In this document: in pieces, positions 19,425 to 28,187 of the stretch
How positions within the stretch are numbered: the first letter of the stretch is position 1
Layout: each line of letters opens with the position of its first letter
IMG/VR virus record: IMGVR_UViG_3300042695_002264
Span: 32,001 to 96,000 of that record
Reading direction: 5' to 3' (one strand)
Origin: a virus
Length of the DNA stretch: 64,000 nt
Translations under genes and position numbers: made by a program
The notes under the pieces: generated by a model
Told to the model about the DNA's origin: nothing
Seen by the model: only the letters and a program-made list of their open reading frames with translations
The model's database searches: none

Positions 19425-19610
19425 TCAATCTTTTTTCTTTTTTCTTTCTCTGACCCATTTATTTTTAAATCTCATAGTCCAATCTATCAATGCATAGGCA
19501 AATCCAACATCGCGCCCAGCCTTTTCACTCTCGTACCACTTATGCTTCATTATCTCCTCTTTTTGCGCCAAGAATTCTCGATATAATGATGTTTCTGCGA
19601 TATTCATCAT
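19425..19610 (-). CDS. DUF4032-like small protein
   Basis: LYREFLAQKEEIMKHKWYESEKAGRDVGF...ALIDW. Confidence 0.75.
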   Translation of the reverse strand: MMNIAETSLYREFLAQKEEIMKHKWYESEKAGRDVGFAYALIDWTMRFKNKWVRERKKKKD

Positions 19611-19805
19611 ACTCTATATTACACTAATATAATAGGATCGCAACAATACTTGCAATTATTAGTATTGCTGCAAATGTAAAACAACATAAATCCATAACTT
19701 GTATGAATTTATCTTTAAATGTAGGATCCGCTCTCACTCTATAGTTTAGTACGAACGCAACAATATTTAATTAATTAAATTTCCTCCTTTCTTGTTTTGG
19801 TTAAG

Positions 19806-19876
19806 CTGGCTCGCTACGATTTGAACGTAGAAAAGTTCCTCCAAAGGGAACCGTGATACCGTTTCACCACGAGCCA
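19806..19876 (-). tRNA. tRNA-Gln(TTG)
   Basis: TGGCTCG/CGAGCCA acceptor, GTTCC-CTTTGGA-GGAAC. Confidence 0.92.
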
Positions 19877-19919
19877 ATATTGTTGTAACTATATATTACA
19901 TTAAAATAGCTTAATCTTC

Positions 19920-20228
19920 TTAAAAATCAAAGAATTCTTGCCGCTCTCGATCTTGATGACACATCTCCTCTTTGATCATTTTTTCTAGCTTGTGTTCTAA
20001 AAAATCTAGAGCTTTATCGTATGTCTCGAAATCTTCATCAATTTCGTCTGCTACGTAACCATGATGTTGAACGCAGTATGTTTGATTTTGGCCATAACTC
20101 CAAACTGTATTGATGTAAAAATGGCAATCACGATCTTTATGGTGATCCTTACCAATTAACTTATACCATTCATCTGTTAATTGTGTTATTTTTTTAAGCT
20201 TGTCTTTCATAATTATCCCAAAGTACAA
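19920..20228 (-). CDS. hypothetical phage protein
   Basis: DHHKDRDCHFYI...WSYG...HHGY; true start probably MKDKLKK. Confidence 0.7.
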   Translation of the reverse strand: MYFGIIMKDKLKKITQLTDEWYKLIGKDHHKDRDCHFYINTVWSYGQNQTYCVQHHGYVADEIDEDFETYDKALDFLEHKLEKMIKEEMCHQDRERQEFFDF

Positions 20229-20611
20229 AGATCAAAATCAATCAATACGGGTTTATTTCTAATCTTGCCAACATTATCAGAGAAAAGATCATATGTACTC
20301 CATCCCATTGATGAAACATTTTTTCTTAACGCGGACATTTCTTCATTATTAAGCCCACCCTGCATTGCGTGTTCAGTAACATAATAAAAATAGCGTCCTT
20401 TGGTTCCCATAAATAATGGTTTGGGGCCAAAGCCCATTTTGTGGGCAGCATCTTGTCGAAAAAAGCATCCCTTACATTTTAGTTGACTGGTATAGAATTT
20501 TACACCATATCGCCCACTAATTTGAATGTAGTACCGAACAGTTGCGGAATCTGTTTGTTCATAAAACCGCAAATTGATTTTGTTGATGATTTTTTTAAGT
20601 TTAGCAATCAT
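20213..20611 (-). CDS. minimal protein-kinase-like protein
   Basis: GVKF, YDLFSDNVG (DxxxxN loop), VLIDF. Confidence 0.6.
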   Translation of the reverse strand: MIAKLKKIINKINLRFYEQTDSATVRYYIQISGRYGVKFYTSQLKCKGCFFRQDAAHKMGFGPKPLFMGTKGRYFYYVTEHAMQGGLNNEEMSALRKNVSSMGWSTYDLFSDNVGKIRNKPVLIDFDLCTLG

Positions 20612-20931
20612 GGCTCACAAACAAGAAGTGCAAGACTATTTCCGCTAAAAAACTCTTCTACTGTTTTTTTTGCTGTTTTGAAATCATATTTTCCATCGAC
20701 CCATTTGCAACCACGATCATAAGCAGTGGCTTCTTCAATTGAAGAATACTCCTCATAAACAAAATCTTCGCCACAGCACTTGCAAGTTACATTATCTGGA
20801 TCGCGCTTAAATAGTTCTTTAAAAGTCCTAACGGCTTCTCCAAGCGGCTCATCAATATATATGTGAGCATAAGGCGTCTTCAAATGACCACCACTATGCA
20901 TATCCATGAAACGTGTAACAGTTTTCTTCAT
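20608..20931 (-). CDS. hypothetical protein
   Basis: TRFMDMHSGG, VTCKCCG; promoter TTGACA-17-CATAAT at 20938..20966. Confidence 0.7.
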   Translation of the reverse strand: MKKTVTRFMDMHSGGHLKTPYAHIYIDEPLGEAVRTFKELFKRDPDNVTCKCCGEDFVYEEYSSIEEATAYDRGCKWVDGKYDFKTAKKTVEEFFSGNSLALLVCEP

Positions 20932-20974
20932 ACCACCATTATGGGATTTTTTACAAATTTTGTCAATAGAAAAC

Positions 20975-21288
20975 TTGGTGTTTTTGTCGCACTTTGGACC
21001 AGATCAGAGTTGCGCCCCTGCTGGCATCAGTTAACAATTTTTCTTGATTATAGAGTTAACCTCAGAACACCTAACCATTTATACAAGAGTTTTGGCCCAT
21101 ATAGCCTTGGTTTACCCAGAACCTACGCTCTTTTTTTTAATTACATATGTGCGCGCACACTATGTGATCTTATTTACTGTGAAACCTATATCATAACGAT
21201 TATAGGGGGTAGAGTTGCATACCTTATAAGGCGATCCCATTTTTTGGCTGGTCATCGCCACACCACCATTTGCAAAATTTTAAAGAAC
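20975..21288 (-). ncRNA. candidate structured noncoding RNA of unknown family
   Basis: About 310-nt gap in minus-strand gene tiling, multiple hairpins, TGGTG/CACCA terminal pairing, upstream GTGTAT motif. Confidence 0.5.
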
Positions 21289-21325
21289 TATTAATATTTA
21301 TACACACTCTTTATAAAAAGATCAA

Positions 21326-21550
21326 TTATTTTTTAAAAATTTTTATTTCAAGAATGCGAAATTTTGTTCCCAAACCATGGCTTTTAAAATTTTCTACTTC
21401 TTGCGTTGCTTTTTTAACATTTTTATAATTGATAAAATCGTGCCTAATCCAAGATTTAAACAAGTGGCTCCAGCATTCAATTTGGTAGTATTTATTCATT
21501 TTAAAAAAGTATTTCAAGTCCAGTTTCACCATAGTCAGGCATCCCAACAT
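21326..21550 (-). CDS. hypothetical protein
   Basis: ORF, true start probably MNKYYQ. Confidence 0.5.
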   Translation of the reverse strand: MLGCLTMVKLDLKYFFKMNKYYQIECWSHLFKSWIRHDFINYKNVKKATQEVENFKSHGLGTKFRILEIKIFKK

Positions 21551-21758
21551 CCATAGAGTGATTGCTGATATATGGTTGCGCCATTTTTCCTTTGATATTT
21601 AATCGCTCATTAATCGGATAAATTGCAGTAATAACGTGCTTGCCTTTGGTGAATTGCTGATTGCTATATTTAGTGCCTGTGACTTCACCCTTGACTTGAA
21701 TTTTATCCAGATGTTCGCATGCTGTCAGCAGAAGGCATAGTAGTATTATTGCTTTCAT
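21501..21758 (-). CDS. lipoprotein
   Basis: MKAIILLCLLLTA-C lipobox; beta-rich, ends in Phe. Confidence 0.7.
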   Translation of the reverse strand: MKAIILLCLLLTACEHLDKIQVKGEVTGTKYSNQQFTKGKHVITAIYPINERLNIKGKMAQPYISNHSMDVGMPDYGETGLEILF

Positions 21759-21888
21759 CGTTTTCGTTTTTTTTAGACCAGTCTATCAAATCATAATTAT
21801 CTTTGAATTTTTTGGAAAAGCAATTTCTTGGCTTATCGCCTTTTCCCGCCCCTTTATTTGATGCTTTTTCGCTCATAAATTTGTTAAA

Positions 21889-21960
21889 TAGAGGCAGTAG
21901 GACTTGAACCTACAACCCTCACCTTATCAAAGTGATGCTCTGCCATTGAGCTATGCCTCT
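21889..21960 (-). tRNA. tRNA-Ile(GAT)
   Basis: TCACT-TTGATAA-GGTGA, AGAGGCA/TGCCTCT acceptor. Confidence 0.92.
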
Positions 21961-22011
21961 GCGTATTCATAGTTTAGATTATCTAAATTTTATTTAAATG
22001 TCAAAAAGAAA

Positions 22012-22093
22012 TGGGCATGAAGGGAGTCGAACCCCTACTCCTTACGGAACCAGATCCTAAGTCTGGCGCGGCTGCCAGTTACGCCACATGCCC
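22012..22093 (-). tRNA. tRNA-Leu(TAG)
   Basis: CCAGA-CTTAGGA-TCTGG, long variable arm. Confidence 0.95.
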
Positions 22094-22095
22094 TT

Positions 22096-22362
22096 TTATT
22101 TGTTATACTTACACCAAGCATAGACAAGAATCAAGCACATAATTAAACCTACACAGTAGTTTAAAAACCACCACAGGCCAAATGTGCCCAAAAACATATA
22201 AATCATTCCTGAAATATACCCAACGATTGACATTAAAATTAGCATTAATGAAACATCTTTGGATGAATGATTTTTAAAAATTTTAACTATTTGTGGGATA
22301 TAGCAAAACATAAAAGCAAATGTCATTACTATCCCAGCAATCTCTCGCATTATCTCTTTCAT
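22096..22362 (-). CDS. PQ-loop / SemiSWEET-like transporter
   Basis: 88 aa, 3 TM segments, YIPQIVKI...SSKDVS. Confidence 0.85.
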   Translation of the reverse strand: MKEIMREIAGIVMTFAFMFCYIPQIVKIFKNHSSKDVSLMLILMSIVGYISGMIYMFLGTFGLWWFLNYCVGLIMCLILVYAWCKYNK

Positions 22363-22577
22363 AGTGAATATGCCATTTCGTTATTCCATTCTGCAAACTC
22401 TTCAATTTCGTCGATAAGCTGCTTCTCCATAAATTCAATAAATGCAATATCATTACTCAATTCACGCTTGGCTATCAGCATAGTATCGGACAATTCTTCT
22501 TGTGGAATTGTAAGAAGCCAAAGAATAATTTTACCATATTGATTGACTTTGGTTTCTTTATTCATATTGCCCTCCAA
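22359..22577 (-). CDS. hypothetical protein
   Basis: ORF tiling. Confidence 0.55.
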   Translation of the reverse strand: MEGNMNKETKVNQYGKIILWLLTIPQEELSDTMLIAKRELSNDIAFIEFMEKQLIDEIEEFAEWNNEMAYSL

Positions 22578-22896
22578 ACAATAAATCTATATCTTCATCT
22601 GATGCTTTTAAAATCCATTTGTTCATTTCGGGAATTCTATCTAAGTAGTTTAATATGTCTAGGTTATACTTTTCTGTGAGAAAAGGCAATATTATAAAAT
22701 AAAAGATGGATGGATCTTCGAGGTCGCCGTCACGAAACCAGCTTGGCATATTCCAATCAAATATATATTTTGAGTCATAGCCGTGATCGTCCATGAAGTT
22801 ATGGAACGTATTTACAAGATGATTTTTTGGTAGCTTATTGACAATTTTGCAGAAGCTGCAATTACAATCTTTTGTTTTGTGAGATTTCCCTTTCAT
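22558..22896 (-). CDS. hypothetical protein
   Basis: ORF tiling, N-terminal H...CNCSFC. Confidence 0.6.
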   Translation of the reverse strand: MKGKSHKTKDCNCSFCKIVNKLPKNHLVNTFHNFMDDHGYDSKYIFDWNMPSWFRDGDLEDPSIFYFIILPFLTEKYNLDILNYLDRIPEMNKWILKASDEDIDLLFGGQYE

Positions 22897-23534
22897 TTTA
22901 TTTTATCTAAAAATATTGCCCAATCAGGATTAAGAGCTTTAATAAGTAAATGCGCGGTCATAGGTCTTGGATTTTTTAGTTTGTATTTTGGACTGTACCC
23001 ATGTTTGGACACAAATTCATCAATTGTCATGTCATTTTTTAAACGATTAATTTTTGATGATGTGATGGCAAGATTATCCCAAGAATTTTTGCCGCCTTTT
23101 GATTTTGGATGCAAATGATCAATTGTTGCTTCGTTATAGGTGAGCTTTTCCCCCGTCCAAAAATCAACGCCATCATAACGTTCGTAAAGATTCTTTTTTG
23201 TAGGTCTAAAAGTTTTAATTGGAAGTTTATTATAATTGCTTCCTACAATAGCCACTGTTGGAACGCGAATTTCAAGATTGATTGTGTGGATTGAAAACTC
23301 ATCGTGCTCTCTTGGTGACAATGTGACCCACTCATCCCAGCCAAGTGGGATAATTTCGCTTGGGCTAGCATAATCTGGCTCCCCATTATCATCTTCTAAA
23401 TACTCTATCTTAATGGCTTTTTTGGGGTAATTAGCAGAATTCATATCTTCCAATACTTTCTTAACTGGAAGCGTACAGATGGGCAACCAAGAAGCATTAA
23501 GCATTAAAACTTTATGATTTAGAATATTAATCAT
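22893..23534 (-). CDS. HNH endonuclease (McrA-like, Cys ligands lost)
   Basis: VLMLNASW.PI, TIDHLHPKSKGGKNSWDNLA...NRLK. Confidence 0.88.
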   Translation of the reverse strand: MINILNHKVLMLNASWLPICTLPVKKVLEDMNSANYPKKAIKIEYLEDDNGEPDYASPSEIIPLGWDEWVTLSPREHDEFSIHTINLEIRVPTVAIVGSNYNKLPIKTFRPTKKNLYERYDGVDFWTGEKLTYNEATIDHLHPKSKGGKNSWDNLAITSSKINRLKNDMTIDEFVSKHGYSPKYKLKNPRPMTAHLLIKALNPDWAIFLDKIK

Positions 23535-23600
23535 TTAAAAATAAAGATTAGAATTTTTTGGGTTAAAAGTAAAGATTATTTAATAATAAAAATGTAATGA

Positions 23601-24089
23601 ATGGTGAAGTTTATGGACAAACAAGATTTGCCATTATTGGCGACAACAGAACACAAAGATGATATGGGTCGCCGCTCATATGATGAGAATGGTAATGGTA
23701 ACGGCTGGTCACGATATCAAATAATGGTATTGCAGCAATTAACTGACCACACAAAGCTTCTTCAAGCATTAATGTCAGAAATTAATACAATAAAGCAGCA
23801 AATTGCAATCACGGATATTGTATCAAAAAATTGGAGAGATCAAGCTGATAGGTCAATACAGGAATTAAAAGATGATGTTGAATTTATTCTTGAGGACGAA
23901 GGTGGTATTAACCAAAGATTAAAGAGTATTGAAGATAATACAAAAATAGAAGAAAAGTCAAGCTTAAAAATAAAAGCATTTTGGGGTCTTTTGGGTGGGG
24001 CAGTTGTGGTAATTGTAGATTTGGCAATAAGAGTTGTAAGCTTGATTAGTAGTAAACTGCAAATTATAATGCAAAATCCGCCGCAGTAA
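23601..24089 (+). CDS. coiled-coil protein with C-terminal TM helix
   Basis: NGWSRYQIMVLQQL, heptads, AFWGLLGGAVVVIV. Confidence 0.65.
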   Translation: MVKFMDKQDLPLLATTEHKDDMGRRSYDENGNGNGWSRYQIMVLQQLTDHTKLLQALMSEINTIKQQIAITDIVSKNWRDQADRSIQELKDDVEFILEDEGGINQRLKSIEDNTKIEEKSSLKIKAFWGLLGGAVVVIVDLAIRVVSLISSKLQIIMQNPPQ

Positions 24090-24117
24090 AGTTGCGCTAA
24101 CTAGTGTAACTTTAATT

Positions 24118-24519
24118 ATGGTAGTAAAAACATTTTTTATTTGCCTTAGTGCGGTTTTAGTTCTCGGACTATTGCCTCATTATTCTACAAAGCCGCCAGA
24201 GGAAGATTTTGTACTCAATAATGGCTGTTTAATCTATTCTATTCAATATCAGCACGCACTAAAGGCTAAAAAAATACTTGGCGAATCAGAAGTTTGGGCT
24301 AAAGTTATAATGTACAAAGTATTGGGGGCAAAAGCGGGACATGCTGTTACTCTGTATATTTATAAAAACTCTACATATGTGTATGATCCGGCATTTGCAA
24401 GCTATCAATTGGCGCAATTTCCTGTATACAATCCATACAAGGTTGCAAAAATGATGCATCCAATGAATGATATTGTATGGGCTGAATATGCAGAGAATGT
24501 GATGCTATATAACCCTTAA
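24118..24519 (+). CDS. membrane-anchored papain/transglutaminase-fold protein
   Basis: Signal anchor; NGC...GHAV...VYDP candidate Cys-His-Asp triad. Confidence 0.6.
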   Translation: MVVKTFFICLSAVLVLGLLPHYSTKPPEEDFVLNNGCLIYSIQYQHALKAKKILGESEVWAKVIMYKVLGAKAGHAVTLYIYKNSTYVYDPAFASYQLAQFPVYNPYKVAKMMHPMNDIVWAEYAENVMLYNP

Positions 24520-24523
24520 TTTT

Positions 24524-25852
24524 TTATCTAGTTTCGCGCCACTGAAGACTGGTTAATACATTTGTAGTATTTCCTGGCCCAGTAGCAGCATTTTTTAATA
24601 AAACGGCAAATATATTGCTGTCCGTGCTGTCTATGTTTTGACTAATATAATTTCTTTTAGCGCTAGAAACATTTGCTAAACTTGAAGATACTCCAGCAGT
24701 ATTGCCAACCCCAACTGCGTTTACCGTAATAAATCCAGCATCAAATAAATTTCCGCCATTTAAATTAAATCCAGTCGCTGTAATATTATATTCTACAACA
24801 CTTGAATCGTCTACGCTTTGCCAAGATCCTCCAATTAAAGAAGCACCACTTGGTAGGCGCCAAAATTCATAAGAGCAAAGTTGGTCGGCACTATAAAGTT
24901 GGGAAGATCCCAATCTAACAACACTTCTATTTGGTGCCCCATAATATCCAGTTTTTAATCTTATTGCAATAACTGGCATTGTAGATCCAGCTGTTATATT
25001 TCTATATCCAGTAGTTCTTGCTGCAAAATCTACACCAGCTTCACTATAACCACCTTCGCTCACTACTGTTGCACAAATTTGATCCATAGAAGATATTCCA
25101 GTCGTTCCATTACTATAGTTTCTAATTTCACAACGAATCGGCAAATTAGGATTGCTCCAATATACAGTGTTTTTATTATTACTATTATAAAATTCGTGAG
25201 CAATAATCGTATTGCCATCATGTACAAATCCCGCACGTACGCGACCAACTCCAAGCCATTGATAATCAGCTGTAAATAATTGGGTTTTAGTAATATCTAA
25301 ATTAAAAGCTGATGGGCCAGTTCCATCACAGCGATCTTTATTCCAAGCGGATTGTGGAATTACCGTATTTTGAACACTTCCAGATACGTCACTTCTTAAT
25401 ACGATAGCTAAGCTACCATCGCCGCTATGTTGGAAAAATATCCCATTATAATCATCATACAAGCCAATCCTTTTATTAGTTCCAGATCTGGGAGGGTGAG
25501 AATTAAAGCTTTGTAGTGTTAATTGGCTTTTACCAGCCATATAGTGATGGTACATGCGGCTTTGATGAATTACATAATCATTTGCGCCAGTGCCAACTGT
25601 TAGAATAGCTTTTGCTTGCTTTACATTGAATGCAATATTAGATTGCGTGCCGCTAGTTTTAGTTAAAAGCTCTGTTTCTTCTCCGTAAACATGAGTATAG
25701 TCAGCCAACGTGTATTGCTCTGATACTCTTTGGCGACCAAAAGCATCTATTGTTCCATCTTTGTACAAATTTTGTACATTCAGAACGCCGTCAGTAACTG
25801 AAACTTTTATTGGTGCGTCTTGATATTCTTTTTCTATTCTATAGATGTGCAT
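24524..25852 (-). CDS. putative virion structural protein
   Basis: DAFGRQRVS, YQWLGVGRVR; Gly/Ser/Thr-rich beta protein. Confidence 0.7.
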   Translation of the reverse strand: MHIYRIEKEYQDAPIKVSVTDGVLNVQNLYKDGTIDAFGRQRVSEQYTLADYTHVYGEETELLTKTSGTQSNIAFNVKQAKAILTVGTGANDYVIHQSRMYHHYMAGKSQLTLQSFNSHPPRSGTNKRIGLYDDYNGIFFQHSGDGSLAIVLRSDVSGSVQNTVIPQSAWNKDRCDGTGPSAFNLDITKTQLFTADYQWLGVGRVRAGFVHDGNTIIAHEFYNSNNKNTVYWSNPNLPIRCEIRNYSNGTTGISSMDQICATVVSEGGYSEAGVDFAARTTGYRNITAGSTMPVIAIRLKTGYYGAPNRSVVRLGSSQLYSADQLCSYEFWRLPSGASLIGGSWQSVDDSSVVEYNITATGFNLNGGNLFDAGFITVNAVGVGNTAGVSSSLANVSSAKRNYISQNIDSTDSNIFAVLLKNAATGPGNTTNVLTSLQWRETR

Positions 25853-25892
25853 AATTATATATATTAATTACACACAATAAAATTAAAAAAAA

Positions 25893-25928
25893 TTAAAAAT
25901 ATCCCCCACGCGCGAACGCATGAGGGAT
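25893..25928 (-). terminator. rho-independent terminator
   Basis: ATCCCTCATGCG-TTCG-CGCGTGGGGGAT then ATTTTT. Confidence 0.85.
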
Positions 25929-25950
25929 TATATATTTTATTTATTATTTA

Positions 25951-26109
25951 TTAAAATAAAGCCATTATGGTTTTTTTGGCCCAACGAAATAATCCGAAAA
26001 AAATCTTACCGATTTCCTTCAAATCTTCCCGCTGTATTGTTCCTGCATAGCCAATTGATCCATAAGGACCAAAAATGATCCCTAACTGGTGAGTTTGATA
26101 ACGTTCCAT
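25951..26109 (-). CDS. 52-aa peptide with amphipathic C-terminal helix
   Basis: Manual translation MERYQTHQLGIIFGPYGSIGYAGTIQREDLKEIGKIFFGLFRWAKKTIMALF; SD AAAGGAGGTG 9 nt upstream. Confidence 0.65.
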   Translation of the reverse strand: MERYQTHQLGIIFGPYGSIGYAGTIQREDLKEIGKIFFGLFRWAKKTIMALF

Positions 26110-26178
26110 TAAGATTAGCACCTCCTTTCATATACTGTATATTACAGCAATTTAGGTGCCAATCAAGTTACAATTTTG

Positions 26179-26874
26179 TTATAAATAGGCTGCTTGGAAG
26201 TGCATCCAGTCATAATTACGCCTTCTACCCAAGCTTGTCCAGCCCTCAGCTTCTACAATTTTCCAGAATGGTTCATATTCTTTCTTGCTAAATGTAGCTT
26301 TGGGACTGCTCCATTTTAATTGATTATTGTCGGGATCAAGGTCAATTGCAGCGCCCCAACTGTGTATTGACCAAGCTGATCCGCCGCGCATTTTACGAAC
26401 ATTCAAGCATCCGCCAAACATATTTAATCTTAATTTCTCAATATCTTTTTCGCCATATGTTTTTAATGTATTATCAAAAATAATACCAAGCGATTGTGCA
26501 ACTTTTTGATTGCATGTAATTCTTGATAGTGTGGTTGATGGCGCCCATGCTAGTTTTATTTTATATGGCAACTCTAGCTTGATTTGATTTTCGCCAACCG
26601 AACCATAAAAATCAACCATACTATTGTAGTCTTGTTTTGGCCAGCGTTGTGATAGTGGTGTATTTTTTGAAACGTTTGTTACAAATTTCCAAGTCTTGGG
26701 ACCAACAACACCATCTGCCTTTAATCCGTTTTTAAGCTGAAATTTTAAAGTTTCACGCTCTGTTGCTGGGCCAAAAGCACCATCAACATATGGAATTTTA
26801 TAACCAGTGCTTTGTAGAAACAATTGCCATTGTTTTACTTCTTCTCCAAAACTACCTTTTTTCAAAGCTTCCAT
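26179..26874 (-). CDS. endolysin: peptidoglycan-binding domain plus M15-type peptidase
   Basis: VDGAFGPAT...ADGVVGPKTW; R...SIHSWGAAID...DWMHFQ. Confidence 0.92.
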   Translation of the reverse strand: MEALKKGSFGEEVKQWQLFLQSTGYKIPYVDGAFGPATERETLKFQLKNGLKADGVVGPKTWKFVTNVSKNTPLSQRWPKQDYNSMVDFYGSVGENQIKLELPYKIKLAWAPSTTLSRITCNQKVAQSLGIIFDNTLKTYGEKDIEKLRLNMFGGCLNVRKMRGGSAWSIHSWGAAIDLDPDNNQLKWSSPKATFSKKEYEPFWKIVEAEGWTSLGRRRNYDWMHFQAAYL

Positions 26875-27353
26875 TACTGTTTGCCCTCCTGATCAAATAC
26901 CCATTCTATGGGAGCATAGGATGGATCGTCTTTGTATTTTTCTGCATAAACAATTGTTTGCTCTTCTATAATTTTTTCTTCCCTTTGTTCGGATGTTAAT
27001 AGGGAATCTAAATTAACACTTGATGAGCTGCCATACTTGAGATCAATCGCGGCTTGTACCCCAATGTAAGAAGCTACAATGATTGCTACAATTTCAATGG
27101 TCTTTGTAAAAATAGTAACATAACCAGCAATAAGTTCATTTCTGCTTGGTAATAAAAATAATATACCAACAGATGTCAGATAAAAAAACAATAAACCAAC
27201 AAAAGAAGAAAATGCTAAGAAAAATTTTTTAGACTTGAAGTGATTTTCTTTTCGTAGTGAGCTTTGTAACTCGATTGGGGTTCCTGGCGGAACGCGATTC
27301 GATGTTAAAAAAGAAGCTGCACTGCTTGCGATATTTTTTAAGTTACCCCACAT
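26874..27353 (-). CDS. putative holin (2 TM)
   Basis: SKKFFLA + TM, second TM ending YIGVQAAID; abuts endolysin. Confidence 0.65.
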   Translation of the reverse strand: MWGNLKNIASSAASFLTSNRVPPGTPIELQSSLRKENHFKSKKFFLAFSSFVGLLFFYLTSVGILFLLPSRNELIAGYVTIFTKTIEIVAIIVASYIGVQAAIDLKYGSSSSVNLDSLLTSEQREEKIIEEQTIVYAEKYKDDPSYAPIEWVFDQEGKQ

Positions 27354-27354
27354 A

Positions 27355-27873
27355 TTATAAAAATACCCAAACAAGTGTTGCGAATAATCCAGCACCGCCA
27401 ATTGGAACTAGTAAGCTGTATGGTGGAGGAACAAAGCTCATAATTTGCAAGCCCAAAAGTACGCCGACTGCGCCAGCTATAATTGCAGCAATCCATTTAA
27501 GACGGTGATAGCGCTTGATTGCATTAGTGTATTTTTCAAGCCATTTTTGCGCTTCGGCTTGCTGAACAACGCCCCACTCTTTTAATGCGTCAATATCTTT
27601 TTTAAGTTTATCAATTTGTAAAAAGCTGTCTTTTAAATTACCGTTTGCTTTACTTAAGTTATCTTTAAGTTTTGCATTTTCCGACTTGGCAACTCTTAAT
27701 TCCGATTGCAATTCTTTAACAATTTGTTTTGCATCTTGAACTGGAGTTTTAGACTTTTGCACAACTGCGACTGGTGTTGGCTGTGCTTTTGGCTTTGGCT
27801 TGAACCAATTGAATTGGCTGTAGCCAGTGCTTGTTAGGATTAATAATAAAACTATTGGTACTAATTTTTTCAT
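27355..27873 (-). CDS. secreted coiled-coil protein with C-terminal TM hairpin (spanin-like)
   Basis: Signal peptide, long heptad region, two C-terminal hydrophobic helices; in lysis cassette. Confidence 0.55.
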   Translation of the reverse strand: MKKLVPIVLLLILTSTGYSQFNWFKPKPKAQPTPVAVVQKSKTPVQDAKQIVKELQSELRVAKSENAKLKDNLSKANGNLKDSFLQIDKLKKDIDALKEWGVVQQAEAQKWLEKYTNAIKRYHRLKWIAAIIAGAVGVLLGLQIMSFVPPPYSLLVPIGGAGLFATLVWVFL

Positions 27874-28145
27874 TTGATTGGTTCCTTTACTATTTTGGAG
27901 CTGGACTGTTCCTCGATTTGCTCAAGAAGCTTTTCAAGCCGCTCGGCCAATGTTAGTGCTGTTTCTACCTTGTCGCCAACAATTGTGTTGGATTCTCCAG
28001 CTTTGGCAAGATCTTCTTGTGTTTTTTCCAAGGATTGTATAACTTCGCCTGTATTGGCAATTGGCGGAGCTGCCTTTTTGTGATCTGGATTCAAGCATAC
28101 GCATCCAGTTAAAAATGGAATAATAATTAATAAAAAATACCTCAT
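27870..28145 (-). CDS. coiled-coil lipoprotein (o-spanin-like)
   Basis: Lipobox LTG-C; 4-nt overlap with next gene. Confidence 0.6.
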   Translation of the reverse strand: MRYFLLIIIPFLTGCVCLNPDHKKAAPPIANTGEVIQSLEKTQEDLAKAGESNTIVGDKVETALTLAERLEKLLEQIEEQSSSKIVKEPIK

Positions 28146-28187
28146 ACTATTCTTTACACCAAATATTATTGGGTTAGAATTAAATAA

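Noticed and set aside
20980-21000. GTGCG near the 3' end of the 21-kb RNA as a permuted group II intron start
   Set aside because: No recognisable domain V
20863-21294. 143-aa plus-strand ORF
   Set aside because: Non-ATG start, antisense to the local gene flow, implausible composition; structured RNA is more likely
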